Shown piece by piece: positions 18,644-20,000 of a DNA stretch of 20,000 bases. A program made the translations under genes and the position numbers. The first letter of the stretch is position 1. Each line of letters starts with the position of its first letter. Origin of the DNA: an uncultured virus (IMG/VR IMGVR_UViG_2061766007_001614) (lineage: Duplodnaviria; Heunggongvirae; Uroviricota; Caudoviricetes); the IMG/VR virus record IMGVR_UViG_2061766007_001614, one strand, 5' to 3'. The notes under the pieces were generated by a model that was given only the letters and a program-made list of their open reading frames with translations, made no database searches and was not told the DNA's origin.

Positions 18644-18985
18644 ATGGCAGTAAAGAGACAATGTGTATGCTGCGGAGAAGAATATGATTACTGCCCAAAC
18701 TGTGAAAAAGTTAAGCAGCCTCTATGGAGAGTAACATTCTGCAGCGAAAAATGTAAAGACTTATTTAACATGGTTTCTGCATATANNNNNNNNNNNNNNN
18801 NNNNNNNNNNNNNNNNNNNNNNNNNTATTGCAGAACATGGAATCAATGAAGCATCAAGATATACAGAACCAGTAAAGAAGGTTCTTATGGAAAACAACGT
18901 ACCTGAGGGTACATATATGGTTGAATCTCCTTTATATCGTTCACGCAGGAGAAGAAAGAAAAGCCGGAATTGGAATTTTAACTAA
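18644..18985 (+). CDS. Small Cys-rich zinc-finger protein
   Basis: CVCCGEEYDYCPNC...W...FCSEKC; basic C-terminal tail; frame across the gap is uncertain. Confidence 0.7.
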   Translation: MAVKRQCVCCGEEYDYCPNCEKVKQPLWRVTFCSEKCKDLFNMVSAYXXXXXXXXXXXXXXIAEHGINEASRYTEPVKKVLMENNVPEGTYMVESPLYRSRRRRKKSRNWNFN

Positions 18986-19019
18986 GGGATATCCGGCAGA
19001 TACGGGTATCCCTTTTTTT
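18984..19019 (+). terminator. Intrinsic terminator
   Basis: AAGGGATATCCG-7nt-CGGGTATCCCTT followed by a T run. Confidence 0.8.
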
Positions 19020-19043
19020 ACTCATGAGCAAAAGGAGAACATT

Positions 19044-19080
19044 ATGGAACCAAAAGTAAGACCGGCTTTTCAACTACGGG
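19044..19080 (+). CDS. Start of a gene running into the gap (MEPKVRPAFQLR...); may or may not be the RusA N-terminus
   Basis: AAAGGAGA RBS at 19031-19038, ATG 19044; the rest is hidden by Ns. Confidence 0.5.
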
Positions 19081-19393
19081 NNNNNNNNNNNNNNNNNNNN
19101 NNNNNNNNNNNNNNNNNNNNNNNNNNNNNNNNNNNNNNNNNNNNNNNNNNNNNNNNNNNNNNNNNNNNNNNNNNNNNNNNNNNNNNNNNNNNNNNNNNNN
19201 NNNNNNNNNNNNNNNNNNNNNNNNNNNNNNNNNNNNNNNNNNNNNNNNNNNNNNNNNNNNNNNNNNNNNNNNNNNNNNNNNNNNNNNNNNNNNNNNNNNN
19301 NNNNNNNNNNNNNNNNNNNNNNNNNNNNNNNNNNNNNNNNNNNNNNNNNNNNNNNNNNNNNNNNNNNNNNNNNNNNNNNNNNNNNNNNNNNNN

Positions 19394-19655
19394 TTTTGAC
19401 TGTGCCATCCGAGTTCGTCTTGTTTTTTATATGCCTATCCCGAAGAGCGTTAGTAAAAAGAAACAGACTCTGATGGAAAATGACGAGATAAAGTGTACTA
19501 CACATACAGGAGATGTAGACAATCTTGCCAAAGCAGTCCTTGATAGCTTAAATGGTGTGGCATATGAAGATGATTGCCTGATCACACAATTACATATTAA
19601 AAAAAAATATGGATCCTCTGTGGNNNNNNNNNNNNNNNNNNNNNNNNNGGATTGA
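19394..19655 (+). CDS. rusA: RusA-family Holliday junction resolvase, C-terminal part
   Basis: FYMPIPKS.SKKK and GDVDNLAKAVLDSLNGVAYEDD (DxDNxxKxxxD...DD catalytic pattern), then KKYG. Confidence 0.85.
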
Positions 19656-19847
19656 ATGGAGAGAAAAAGTTTGTTGGAGGCACTGTTCTGCTCTTCTACT
19701 AATAAGATCCTTAGAGAAGAGCAACTACTAAACATATTTGGAGTTACTGATCTGGACGAGGTTCCGACAGATAAACTCTTGGAGTTTTGTAACAGAAATT
19801 ATCTTTTAAAGGAGGAAAACAAGCATGGGTGCAAAGTACGATATTGA
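19656..19847 (+). CDS. Hypothetical protein (63 aa)
   Basis: ORF fills the space between rusA and the next gene on the coding strand; RBS hidden by the gap. Confidence 0.5.
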   Translation: MERKSLLEALFCSSTNKILREEQLLNIFGVTDLDEVPTDKLLEFCNRNYLLKEENKHGCKVRY

Positions 19848-19995
19848 TGAAACCGTCTCAATTATGGGGAAAATTCAAATGGTGACAACGGATGAAACAG
19901 GTACCACCTACCAGGTAAAGGTGATTGCTAACGATAAGGCTACTACTATGTACTTTAAAGAGGATGAACTTGAGGAACCTACTGTAAGTGCGTGA
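19825..19995 (+). CDS. Hypothetical protein (56 aa); not in the ORF track
   Basis: AAGGAGG RBS; MGAKYDIDETVSIMGKIQMVTTDETGTTYQVKV...FKEDELEEPTVSA; followed by GGAGG of the next gene. Confidence 0.65.
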   Translation: MGAKYDIDETVSIMGKIQMVTTDETGTTYQVKVIANDKATTMYFKEDELEEPTVSA

Positions 19996-20000
19996 GGAGG

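Noticed and set aside
1475..19735. Minus-strand ORFs and short alternate-frame plus-strand ORFs
   Set aside because: They overlap well-supported plus-strand genes or consist mostly of Ns, and I recognised no motifs in them.
1..20000. Stop-codon reassignment (alternative genetic code)
   Set aside because: Genes read full length in the standard code and end in TAA, TGA or TAG; the breaks are explained by gaps or introns.

Overview
Co-oriented (+ strand) virion morphogenesis region of a large Firmicutes (probably Clostridia-infecting) tailed phage or prophage, from a gappy scaffold. Gene order recalls SPbeta-like siphophages: terminase, portal, an inserted fibre/decoration cassette, prohead protease-scaffold, a free-standing GIY-YIG endonuclease, capsid decoration protein, major capsid, head-tail genes, major tail protein, a Zn-finger protein and RusA. 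The main non-obvious structure is a head-tail gene (13635-16206) split by two group I introns around a micro-exon of about 45 nt. Intron 1 carries a LAGLIDADG endonuclease whose ribosome-binding site can be sequestered by a three-way-junction/pseudoknot RNA, and it appears to end in A rather than the canonical omega-G. Also notable are fibre genes sharing N- and C-terminal motifs in a head-to-tail pattern, and a Kelch-like repeat array with a near-invariant DNA framework and hypervariable loops, one unit of which is stranded 2 kb downstream between gaps. All family assignments come from motifs and synteny read by eye; no searches were run.
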